Positions 27,649-34,740 of a stretch of DNA of 64,000 nucleotides are shown here, piece by piece. Numbering within the stretch: position 1 is the stretch's first letter; each line of letters begins with the position of its first letter. The notes beneath the pieces were generated by a model that was given only the letters and a program-made list of their open reading frames with translations, did no database searches and was not told the origin of the DNA. Source of the DNA: a phage; sequence record NC_100372.1, one strand, 5' to 3'. The translations under genes and the position numbers were made by a program.

Positions 27649-27677
27649 TTGACACAACGCTTCAGATTTAGTATCAT
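27649..27677 (+). promoter_or_regulatory. sigma70-type promoter upstream of the HPF homologue
   Basis: TTGACA(27649-27654), 17 nt spacer, TATCAT(27672-27677). A 5' leader hairpin AAGAGGG-GTTGGT-CCCTCTT at about 27687-27709. Confidence 0.7.
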
Positions 27678-27723
27678 TGTTTTCAAAGAGGGGTTGGTCC
27701 CTCTTCTTTAAAAGGAACACATT

Positions 27724-28041
27724 ATGCAAATTGAAATCACTGGCAACGTAGAGATCACTGAAGGTATGGTGTCTTTCATTTCCAACAAAATGTCCAAGCT
27801 GGAGCGTTTGCACCCCTCTGCCAACTATGCACGTGTGAGTGTAAAAGTTGAAAATGATCACCAGGAAGTTATGGCTTTCATTTTTGACACTTCTGGAAAA
27901 GAAGTTATCGCCAAAGCTAAAGGTAGTGATGCTTACGAGGCAACTGACCGTATGGTAGATGTTGCAGCACGCCAGTTGGCTAAGTGTGGTGGAAAGAAAG
28001 GTAAGGGAAAAGGCAAAGTAAAGATTGACTTTTTAGATTAA
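27724..28041 (+). CDS. hpf: Ribosome hibernation promoting factor / RaiA (YfiA) family homologue
   Basis: MQIEITGN-VEITEGMVSFISNKMSKLERL...VKVEN...AKAKGSDAYEATDRMVDVAARQLAK aligns along its length with E. coli HPF as I recall it (MQLNITGNNVEITEALREFVTAKFAKLEQY...LKVEK...ASAEGQDMYAAIDGLIDKLARQLTK). It has an extra Gly/Lys-rich tail. Confidence 0.85.
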   Translation: MQIEITGNVEITEGMVSFISNKMSKLERLHPSANYARVSVKVENDHQEVMAFIFDTSGKEVIAKAKGSDAYEATDRMVDVAARQLAKCGGKKGKGKGKVKIDFLD

Positions 28042-28050
28042 GGTGCTACA

Positions 28051-28152
28051 ATGGGCACGATTAAGAAATTAATCCCAAATGTAGAGATTGCATGCTTTGA
28101 AATTATGTTTGCAATCGCAGTTGTAGTTAATGTGTTAGGTTACGGCTATTAA
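28051..28152 (+). CDS. Single-TM mini-peptide (33 aa)
   Basis: MGTIKKLIPNVEIACFEIMFAIAVVVNVLGYGY. AAGGTG upstream. Confidence 0.4.
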   Translation: MGTIKKLIPNVEIACFEIMFAIAVVVNVLGYGY

Positions 28153-28178
28153 TATCAAATAATTGAGGAGACCTCTAA

Positions 28179-28448
28179 ATGAAAATTAAATTATTCCAAA
28201 CTGAGCTGGCAGACAAAAACTGTGGACTGGTTGAAGGCATGATCGTTGAAGCACAACCAGTTGACTACATGAAGGTGGTTCGTGATGCCCTGGGTGAAGG
28301 TTTTGATCTGATGGAGCCAGCTCTGCGAGAAGATGTCATCGAAATGGCTAAAAAGCACACACCGGAAGGTTTGGTAGTGTTTGTTGCTCCAGGTAATGGA
28401 GAGGAGTTGATTGTAACTCCGGATGTGTATGAGGTTGTAGAAGAGTAA
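28179..28448 (+). CDS. Small acidic protein, ...YEVVEE paralogue family
   Basis: MKIKLF...GLVVFVAPGNGEELIVTPDVYEVVEE. GAGGAG SD. Confidence 0.65.
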   Translation: MKIKLFQTELADKNCGLVEGMIVEAQPVDYMKVVRDALGEGFDLMEPALREDVIEMAKKHTPEGLVVFVAPGNGEELIVTPDVYEVVEE

Positions 28449-28540
28449 TCCTGCTTGGGTTGGAATACTTTCCTCGACAAGAAAGGTTTATAATTATTTG
28501 TGGGAAAGGAATCCCCATCTCTTACCAGAGGTGATACTAT

Positions 28541-28804
28541 ATGATTGTTTATTTTAAAACTTCAGGTGGATACCCTGATTCTCAAAGCTTGATTGGAAAA
28601 ACGTGCACAGCATACTCACCTCTTGATGAGGAGGTAAGTGGTATCCTACGAGATATGTATCGGATTGATCCACAAGAAGCTTTTGATCAAAACCTTGTAT
28701 TTGTCAAGGGATCAGACATAAAGTCTTTGGGGGCATTCCCTGAAGCAGATGATGATGCTGTTTATTCGTTTATGACACCTTTTGAAGCTATGGTTGTGGG
28801 GTAA
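28541..28804 (+). CDS. Small acidic protein, KGxDLxAAGA family (divergent)
   Basis: LVFVKGSDIKSLGAFPEADDDAVYSF. Confidence 0.6.
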   Translation: MIVYFKTSGGYPDSQSLIGKTCTAYSPLDEEVSGILRDMYRIDPQEAFDQNLVFVKGSDIKSLGAFPEADDDAVYSFMTPFEAMVVG

Positions 28805-28808
28805 GAAT

Positions 28809-29141
28809 ATGAAAGTACGCTTTATTGGTGAAACAATTCCTGTGCATCTCCGGTCTCCTGAAGACTCTGCAGATCTTGCATCTCAAAAGGCGAGAGGGTA
28901 TGATAAGAAAGTGATCTCAAGCAATGTAGAGCTTGAGGCCACCAGTCTGCCTGACCCAGCTGCATTCTTCAATCATTATGGCTACTATTTTAGCAATCTG
29001 ATGAATATTGGTGAGCTTGTGTTTATTAGTGGTGGAGAGATAGTTAGCAAGCTTGGTGGAGATCCGGATATCTTTCATGAAACCTGTCCTTTTGCATTTG
29101 TGGTGGGTTCAGATGTGGAAGTTATTGAGGAGGTTCGGTAA
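28809..29141 (+). CDS. Small acidic protein, KGxD family (divergent)
   Basis: MKVRFIG...LVFISGGEIVSKLGGDPD...VEVIEEVR. ATG 28809 inside track ORF 28782. Confidence 0.6.
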   Translation: MKVRFIGETIPVHLRSPEDSADLASQKARGYDKKVISSNVELEATSLPDPAAFFNHYGYYFSNLMNIGELVFISGGEIVSKLGGDPDIFHETCPFAFVVGSDVEVIEEVR

Positions 29142-29536
29142 TGGTAAGTCTATACCGTGTTGAGTATAGCTCGGATACTGTATACAACGTAAGAAGCAAA
29201 GATCGCAGTGATAGAGTGCAAGAAATGTATGTTCTTGCAGATAGTCCGTTATCTGCAGCGTTCAAGGCAGGAGCTCTTGCATCTCGTTGGAAATTTGAGG
29301 GTGGATCTTTCTATGAAGAAACCCTCGAAGATTCTGTTGTTATTTCTTCTGTAGAGGTTTCAACCGACTACGAAGGGAAAAAGTTCGTAATGCGGCACCC
29401 ACACAGCAACATTGCGTACTACTGGGATGTTCTGAACAATGAGTGGACCCCTGATCTTCAGAAGGCCACTGTTCTAACCCCATTCCTGGCAGATAAGTTC
29501 CCACCAGAAGGTAATTTATCTGCACTGTTTCAGTAA
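29141..29536 (+). CDS. Hypothetical protein, paralogue of 26936..27334
   Basis: See 26936..27334. ATG overlaps the upstream TAA. Confidence 0.6.
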   Translation: MVSLYRVEYSSDTVYNVRSKDRSDRVQEMYVLADSPLSAAFKAGALASRWKFEGGSFYEETLEDSVVISSVEVSTDYEGKKFVMRHPHSNIAYYWDVLNNEWTPDLQKATVLTPFLADKFPPEGNLSALFQ

Positions 29537-29554
29537 TTTTATGCCACACAGGTG

Positions 29555-29583
29555 TTGACAACACCAACCCTGTGTGCAATAAT
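29555..29583 (+). promoter_or_regulatory. sigma70-type promoter embedded in nested palindromes
   Basis: TTGACA(29555-29560), 17 nt spacer, AATAAT(29578-29583). GGTGTTGACAACACC palindrome sits inside CACACAGG...CCTGTGTG. Confidence 0.6.
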
Positions 29584-29615
29584 ACCTTCATCTTAACAAG
29601 ATAGGAGACCGACTG

Positions 29616-29873
29616 ATGAAGATTAAATTGAAAAACCTTGAAACGGCAGAGATTCAGGAAGGTGTTGATTTCCGTTCTAAAGATGGAGACATCCTAGAGG
29701 CGAATGTCCCGACATATAAGTTGATTAAAGGTTTTGGCAACGTTCCGGAGGAGGATATTACAGACATTCTTATGATGTTGATCCTTGACGGGACTGTGTT
29801 TGTAGGTGAAGGTGAGAACGCTATTGCAATCCCGAGCCATTTTTATGAAGTAGTTGACGAAGAGGTGCTGTAA
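29616..29873 (+). CDS. Small acidic protein, ...YEVVDEE family
   Basis: MKIKLKNL...GTVFVGEGENAIAIPSHFYEVVDEEVL. Confidence 0.65.
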   Translation: MKIKLKNLETAEIQEGVDFRSKDGDILEANVPTYKLIKGFGNVPEEDITDILMMLILDGTVFVGEGENAIAIPSHFYEVVDEEVL

Positions 29874-30224
29874 ATGAAAGTAGAGATCACAGGTTTTGAT
29901 ATGAATGCGGTTCCGGAAGATATTTTAGCTAAACTCCCGGAAGGTTTTAGTAACGGTGTTGTGGTGGATGCTGTCCCTCCTACCAAAGACATTCTGCTGC
30001 AGTATGGTGTAGCAGAGGAGGATGTCGATAAAGTTCTTACAATGATGGCAATCGACCGTGTTGTCGTTGTTAAAGGTCTTGAAGGTTTTGATGACGATCC
30101 TCTGATTATTCGTGGTGATGACTATCGCATCATCGACAACGAAGGCCAAGAGTTCTACGAACCTTCTGCTGAAGATGTTCTTAACTTACTACTGGAAGCA
30201 GGCACCGAAGAGGAGGAAGAATAA
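29874..30224 (+). CDS. Small acidic protein, same family
   Basis: MKVEITGF...RVVVVKGLEGFDDDPLIIRGDDYRIIDNEG. Poly-E tail. Confidence 0.65.
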   Translation: MKVEITGFDMNAVPEDILAKLPEGFSNGVVVDAVPPTKDILLQYGVAEEDVDKVLTMMAIDRVVVVKGLEGFDDDPLIIRGDDYRIIDNEGQEFYEPSAEDVLNLLLEAGTEEEEE

Positions 30225-30553
30225 TGAAAATTGATCCGTTACTGAAGGCTCGTGCAGAAAAAGCATACACTATCAAGCTGACCTCTCTGGTCCCTACTTG
30301 TCATCCGGATGTAGGTTGGCCTGAAGGCCTGGTAGAGGGGACTGTAACAGCTGCATACCTTCCTAACATCAAATACCTCATGGAGATCTTGGAGATGGAT
30401 GAGGAAACTGCAGAACAGTTCCAGTTAGACATGAAACAAAGTGGGACTCTGGTTATTCACGGGTGGTATAATACTAAAGATGCAGAAGATCCTCTGGTAA
30501 CTTCTAATCTGGCATATGAAATCTTAGGACCTTTGAACTTGGGGGAAGATTAA
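30224..30553 (+). CDS. Small acidic protein, same family (divergent)
   Basis: GTLVIHGWYNTKDAEDPLVTSNLAYEILGP. Confidence 0.6.
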   Translation: MKIDPLLKARAEKAYTIKLTSLVPTCHPDVGWPEGLVEGTVTAAYLPNIKYLMEILEMDEETAEQFQLDMKQSGTLVIHGWYNTKDAEDPLVTSNLAYEILGPLNLGED

Positions 30554-30840
30554 TGAAAGATTTGGTCAAGATCAAGATTAAAGATACCAATGGAGAACTC
30601 AGCCATTTTGGAATTAACGATGGTGACGAGCTGGTCGCCCACCTGCCTACCAAGGAAGTTGTAAGCAAGGCTGTTGCCGGAGAAGAAGATGCAATGCAGG
30701 CTGCTGGTGTGGATGAAAACTATGTAGCCATGTGCATGTGCCGAGATCAGGTTGTTCTGTATAAAGCGTATCGACCAAATGGAGCACCTGAGTGGCTTGT
30801 TTTCCGACCCGAAGGGTATGAAATTTTAGAGACACTATGA
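30553..30840 (+). CDS. Small acidic protein, same family (divergent)
   Basis: VKIKIKD...QVVLYKAYRPNGAPEWLVFRPEGYEILETL. Confidence 0.6.
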   Translation: MKDLVKIKIKDTNGELSHFGINDGDELVAHLPTKEVVSKAVAGEEDAMQAAGVDENYVAMCMCRDQVVLYKAYRPNGAPEWLVFRPEGYEILETL

Positions 30841-30920
30841 TAAATCTTGCCAAGGTTGCAATGGCACTGCTAATTATTTGCTGGATAGTGACCTTGGCAC
30901 TATGTCTTGTATTTCATTAA
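30837..30920 (+). CDS. Single-TM mini-peptide (27 aa)
   Basis: MINLAKVAMALLIICWIVTLALCLVFH. ATGA overlap with the upstream gene. Confidence 0.4.
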   Translation: MINLAKVAMALLIICWIVTLALCLVFH

Positions 30921-30929
30921 GGGGGCTGT

Positions 30930-31193
30930 ATGAACATCTTGGTGTGGGTTGTGGCAGTGGCGTTTGTTGCGTGCCTCTCTTGTTGGGTTGCTGTGAGGAT
31001 TTCTATAGCCACTCTTCGGAAATTAGGGTTCTCAGAGTGGGATATTAATATCCTTTCTTTTCGCAATGAGACAATCTCAGCCGCCCTGCTGTGCAAGAGG
31101 TTTAAGTGGGAACCTTGTGAGGTCATGAACTATCTAAGAACAGGGGATATTCCTGAGAGATTTAAAAAAGTTCTTGACGGCAAAGACAAATGA
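30930..31193 (+). CDS. Membrane-anchored hypothetical protein
   Basis: N-terminal TM ILVWVVAVAFVACLSCWVAV. AAGGGGG SD. Confidence 0.6.
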   Translation: MNILVWVVAVAFVACLSCWVAVRISIATLRKLGFSEWDINILSFRNETISAALLCKRFKWEPCEVMNYLRTGDIPERFKKVLDGKDK

Positions 31194-31202
31194 TAGTATA
31201 GT
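31174..31202 (+). promoter_or_regulatory. sigma70-type promoter
   Basis: TTGACG(31174-31179), 17 nt spacer, TATAGT(31197-31202). Confidence 0.6.
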
Positions 31203-31221
31203 GACTAACAAGAGGTGAGGA

Positions 31222-31362
31222 ATGACTGATTTTACTGAAGCTTTAATGATGGCCTTATCTGTTTTAGCGCTATCGGTGTGTTTTGGAGCGTTATTCACAT
31301 CTCTGGTTAGAGTTTTACATACCATATTATCACCCAAGGAGCACAGTAATGACGAAGATTGA
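31222..31362 (+). CDS. Single-TM mini-protein (46 aa) ending in UGA-C
   Basis: MTDFTEALMMALSVLALSVCFGALFTSLVRVLHTILSPKEHSNDED. GAGGTGAGG SD. Confidence 0.45.
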   Translation: MTDFTEALMMALSVLALSVCFGALFTSLVRVLHTILSPKEHSNDED

Positions 31363-31443
31363 CTTAAATGCTGGCGACCATTTGTTGTCAAATGCATCGG
31401 GGATTATCTTGGATTCACAATCGGCAACACTTACGAGGCGGTA

Positions 31444-31599
31444 GTGGCGAAGGTTTATCATGATAAAGTCCTCAGCCTTGTGTTTGACTGTGATGATGAC
31501 GGAGATGACCGTTACGTCTGTGAGGTGCTGGCACGTGACGATAGTGAAGACCAGAAATTCCTGGTTATTGAACTGAACGGTATTTTTGTAGAACGTTAA
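31444..31599 (+). CDS. Small acidic protein (51 aa from GTG; the open frame extends upstream to 31363 without a start)
   Basis: GTG 31444 five nt after GAGG. The frame is continuous with the 31222 ORF across its TGA. Confidence 0.35.
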   Translation: MAKVYHDKVLSLVFDCDDDGDDRYVCEVLARDDSEDQKFLVIELNGIFVER

Positions 31600-31627
31600 T
31601 TTAAAACAATATAAGGAGACTCTTACT

Positions 31628-31933
31628 ATGGCTAAATCTAAAGTTGAACTGTTCACCTCTCTGCCTTCTGACACTGCAGAGCGTGATCGCCTCCGTAAAA
31701 CAATTGAAGAGCTGGTGGAACTTCAGCTTCAGATTAAAGATCTGAAAGACGCTATCAAGGATATTATTCTTGTCGAGAAACAGGATCATCTGTATTCTCC
31801 TAAGTTTATCAAGTCATTGGTGGCTACCGAATTCGATATCCGCTACGAAGCTGAAAAACGTCGAGCTAAAATCGAAGAAGAGGTTGAGCACATGTCTGAA
31901 GCAGACATTCTGTTCAAACGCTCTGCAGAATAA
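31628..31933 (+). CDS. Hypothetical coiled-coil protein
   Basis: AAGGAG SD. Heptad-like RKTIEELVELQLQIKDLKDAIKD. Confidence 0.65.
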   Translation: MAKSKVELFTSLPSDTAERDRLRKTIEELVELQLQIKDLKDAIKDIILVEKQDHLYSPKFIKSLVATEFDIRYEAEKRRAKIEEEVEHMSEADILFKRSAE

Positions 31934-31941
31934 CAACGAGG

Positions 31942-31965
31942 AGGGGTCTTGGCCCCTATTTTTAC
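31942..31965 (+). terminator. Rho-independent terminator
   Basis: AGGGG-TCTTGG-CCCCT followed by ATTTTTAC. Confidence 0.7.
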
Positions 31966-31986
31966 TATCTATGGAGAAGATCAGAA

Positions 31987-32313
31987 ATGCTAATGCCGAT
32001 TACTGTAAAAGAGCTAAATGAACGTGATGCAGGGGGCCTGTGGCCTGCACGGAAAATACGCTGCGTTTATATGAAAGAGAATCTTGAGCACCTTGATCAG
32101 CAGATTGCGGTTGGTGATATTTTCGAAGTTCTCTATTCTAATCGTCGCAACTGGGAAACCATTCAACCTTCCGGTTTTGTTCTTGCCAGACTTGATACTG
32201 GAGAAGTGATTATCCCCGGGCTGGATATTGTCTTCGAAATTATCCAGGAGTGGGATCCTGATAAGATTAAATATGAAGAGTTATTCGGTGAAGGTATTAT
32301 CAAGCCTGTGTGA
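31987..32313 (+). CDS. Hypothetical protein
   Basis: Start as in the ORF track. Confidence 0.6.
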   Translation: MLMPITVKELNERDAGGLWPARKIRCVYMKENLEHLDQQIAVGDIFEVLYSNRRNWETIQPSGFVLARLDTGEVIIPGLDIVFEIIQEWDPDKIKYEELFGEGIIKPV

Positions 32314-32321
32314 GGTGGATT

Positions 32322-32621
32322 ATGTCTACAACGACAGCTAAATACTCCTATATGCCAGCAACCTCAGCAGAAATAGACTTCAGTTTCGATGTGTTTCCAT
32401 TGTTTGAGATAGTCCTGGCATACCCAACAATTCTATCTACTCCTGAATCACTTGTACCTGTTAAGTTGCAGAACGCTATGCATTCCATGCACTACAACAA
32501 TAAATGTAGGCACAGATGGTGTCAAGACGAGGAAAAAGATCTGGAGAGTTTGAAAGATTTTGACAGTCACCTTTTGACACCTTTTAGTTACTCAAACCTA
32601 GACAAACCCTCATGGGTATAG
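32322..32621 (+). CDS. Hypothetical protein
   Basis: ATG 32322 (the track start 32310 is GTG). Confidence 0.55.
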   Translation: MSTTTAKYSYMPATSAEIDFSFDVFPLFEIVLAYPTILSTPESLVPVKLQNAMHSMHYNNKCRHRWCQDEEKDLESLKDFDSHLLTPFSYSNLDKPSWV

Positions 32622-32645
32622 CAAAATATCAAATTTAAGGCACCT

Positions 32646-32672
32646 AGGACGCTCTGTGGCGTCCTTTTCTTT
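32646..32672 (+). terminator. Rho-independent terminator
   Basis: AGGACGC-TCTGTG-GCGTCCT followed by TTTCTTT. Confidence 0.85.
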
Positions 32673-32834
32673 ATCTGGTGCACGATTCCATACCTTAGAC
32701 AATTAATCTCCTTACAGAGCGTTTAAAGGCATCCTACAAACAACTCTCTATTTCGAGCGTAGCGAGAACGCACGCCCGTTTTGACCCAAATCACCATACG
32801 CTCGGATTTTAACCAAACCCTCGCGGTGTTTCTG

Positions 32835-32863
32835 TTGACACATTACCGCTCCTGTGATAATAT
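32835..32863 (+). promoter_or_regulatory. sigma70-type promoter
   Basis: TTGACA(32835-32840), 17 nt spacer, TAATAT(32858-32863). Confidence 0.65.
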
Positions 32864-32895
32864 CCACACATCGTTTGAAGAATATGGGATACACA

Positions 32896-32976
32896 ATGAA
32901 AACATTGTCAGAGGTTTTAGTGGTGATCCTGATGATCATTGCGTCCATAGCGGCTGTTGCCGGAATATGCTTATAG
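32896..32976 (+). CDS. Single-TM mini-peptide (26 aa)
   Basis: MKTLSEVLVVILMIIASIAAVAGICL. First ATG after the 32835 promoter. Weak SD. Confidence 0.35.
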   Translation: MKTLSEVLVVILMIIASIAAVAGICL

Positions 32977-33051
32977 CATCGACACGTTCCAGCCATATGT
33001 CGATAAAGTCTTATTTTTTAAACATGTTGCCGGAATACTCACGGGTGGAAC

Positions 33052-33237
33052 ATGACCAACACACATGCATCTACAGAAACATCTGAAGGAGTGACAGAGG
33101 AAAACTTCAATTCTGAGGATTCTCTATCTCCGTCCCAGGTGGACCCTGAGGCTGATGACCTAACGTGGGAGGATATCATAGCCATCTGGTTCTCTATTAT
33201 GCCTGAGCACGAAGAGTTCAGAGGTGGGAGACTATGA
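33052..33237 (+). CDS. Hypothetical highly acidic protein
   Basis: GGGTGGA upstream. D/E/S-rich. Confidence 0.5.
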   Translation: MTNTHASTETSEGVTEENFNSEDSLSPSQVDPEADDLTWEDIIAIWFSIMPEHEEFRGGRL

Positions 33238-33357
33238 AGCACCGAGCCCACATAAGTTTATCATGCTAAAGCATGGCCTGAAGGGGCAAACGTGCATAAT
33301 TCCATCGTATTGGAACGTATAAACCCCGTTCACACTCTCATTTCCAGAGGAGATTTC

Positions 33358-33573
33358 ATGAAAATAGAAATATTTGGTGGGGCTGACAACACTCGTGGCC
33401 TGATTTACCTTGAATTCGATGAATCTTACCTGCCAGAGGTGTTAAATATAGATGCTGTTGCGGAAGCCCTTGATGTAGACCCTAAAGATCTCTACTCCCG
33501 TGCTGAGATTGATGGTTGGGAAGAGACTCTGAACATTGATTTCAGTGAAGTAGTAGATGAACCTTTGGACTGA
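33358..33573 (+). CDS. Small acidic protein (MKIEIFGG..., family-like)
   Basis: ATG 33358 after AGAGGAG. Last gene of the + strand arm. Confidence 0.6.
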   Translation: MKIEIFGGADNTRGLIYLEFDESYLPEVLNIDAVAEALDVDPKDLYSRAEIDGWEETLNIDFSEVVDEPLD

Positions 33574-33713
33574 CACACAAGTCTGCTTTGCAGGTTTAGC
33601 TGCTCAGCTAAGGTTCTGGAGTCACCTATAACATCTTCCAACTAAATTTCCTACCAACACAGTTACTTACCCACCACACATGACTGTTTGCTTGTTTAGT
33701 GAGCAGTCATCCC

Positions 33714-33741
33714 TTGACATTCTTGCCTATCTTGATAAAAT
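33714..33741 (+). promoter_or_regulatory. sigma70-type promoter firing into ORF-free DNA
   Basis: TTGACA(33714-33719), 16 nt spacer, TAAAAT(33736-33741). No ORF with an SD downstream. Confidence 0.5.
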
Positions 33742-33936
33742 TAAGTTCTTCTCTTTTCTTTTACCGAGTAATTCGGGTTTTCTGTTCTCTTCGGTTTGAA
33801 GGGGTATGGAGATACACCTGAGTGAACAGGGTGAACAACCGAACCTTTAGCTATGGCATTAGCATGGCGAAGCGGACGGGTGACGAAAGAGGGGCCGGAG
33901 GACACCAGTCACTGCCATATAGTATATGGGTGATAA

Positions 33937-34476
33937 CCTGAAGAGTCTGAATAAGTGTTTAAGTACCAGTCAGAGGAAAAGGTGAATGGTAGCCGAAGGG
34001 GGAGGGGGGTTTCTTATATCTTTAATTTGTATACTTTATATACACTTGTAAACCAATTCAATTAGGATCTGTTTACCACACAAAGTGGATGGAGACAAAT
34101 ATCACCTATTAAACTTGAATTATTTATAGAAAATACCACAACACCGCTTAAGTCTTTGATTTTACACACAAATCTTACAAATATCCTACCTCCATATTTA
34201 ACATACTTGTAACATATTCCATATCCTACCTGCCTGATCAATTTACTCCCACCACATTCCCACATTTTCCCTGTCTGTACTACCCCACCCCCGCCGGGAG
34301 TCCCGTCATATCTGGCTTTCCAGCAAATATCACACCCACAAATATCATCACCTGAAGAGGGTTTCATCCCATAATACCTGCCTTACCTGAAGAGCGCTTC
34401 ATACACCACCTAAATTTTTTAATTGACCCCTCCCCGCCGCCGGAGAGGTTGGCTTTTCCCACACAGGCCTGAAGAG
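33937..34476 (+). repeat. CCTGAAGAG 9-mer, 4 direct copies
   Basis: Copies at 33937-33945, 34351-34359, 34386-34394 and 34468-34476. Confidence 0.8.
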
Positions 34477-34706
34477 TCAGCCAGAAATATCTGAACAGGT
34501 CCAGTTATGCCCCGATTTTGTGCTTGTCCTACAGGAGTGCTGCCCTGTCAGGAGCCGGTAGCGACTGGAGTGCTGCCAGGCGGACGGAATGGGAATACTT
34601 CTCATTTTTATAATAATTCTCAAATATCGAGGCAGTGAGGCAAATTAATAGGCCAGGCCGTTCACACAGTGGCACAACATTTGCAATCTATCTTGTGGGA
34701 GTGAAT

Positions 34707-34740
34707 GAGAATACCTATCATTGTGAGAATGGTTATCATT
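34707..34740. promoter_or_regulatory. Two adjacent Fur-box-like sites (GAGAATNNNTATCATT)
   Basis: GAGAATACCTATCATT (34707-34722) and GAGAATGGTTATCATT (34725-34740). The second matches 13/19 of GATAATGATAATCATTATC. Confidence 0.4.

Noticed and set aside
32859-32867. DnaA boxes (ATATCCACA here; TTATCCATA at about 39072 and about 40231).
   Set aside because: These are single 7-8/9 matches that coincide with promoter -10 regions. There is no cluster of boxes next to an AT-rich unwinding element, so the evidence is insufficient.
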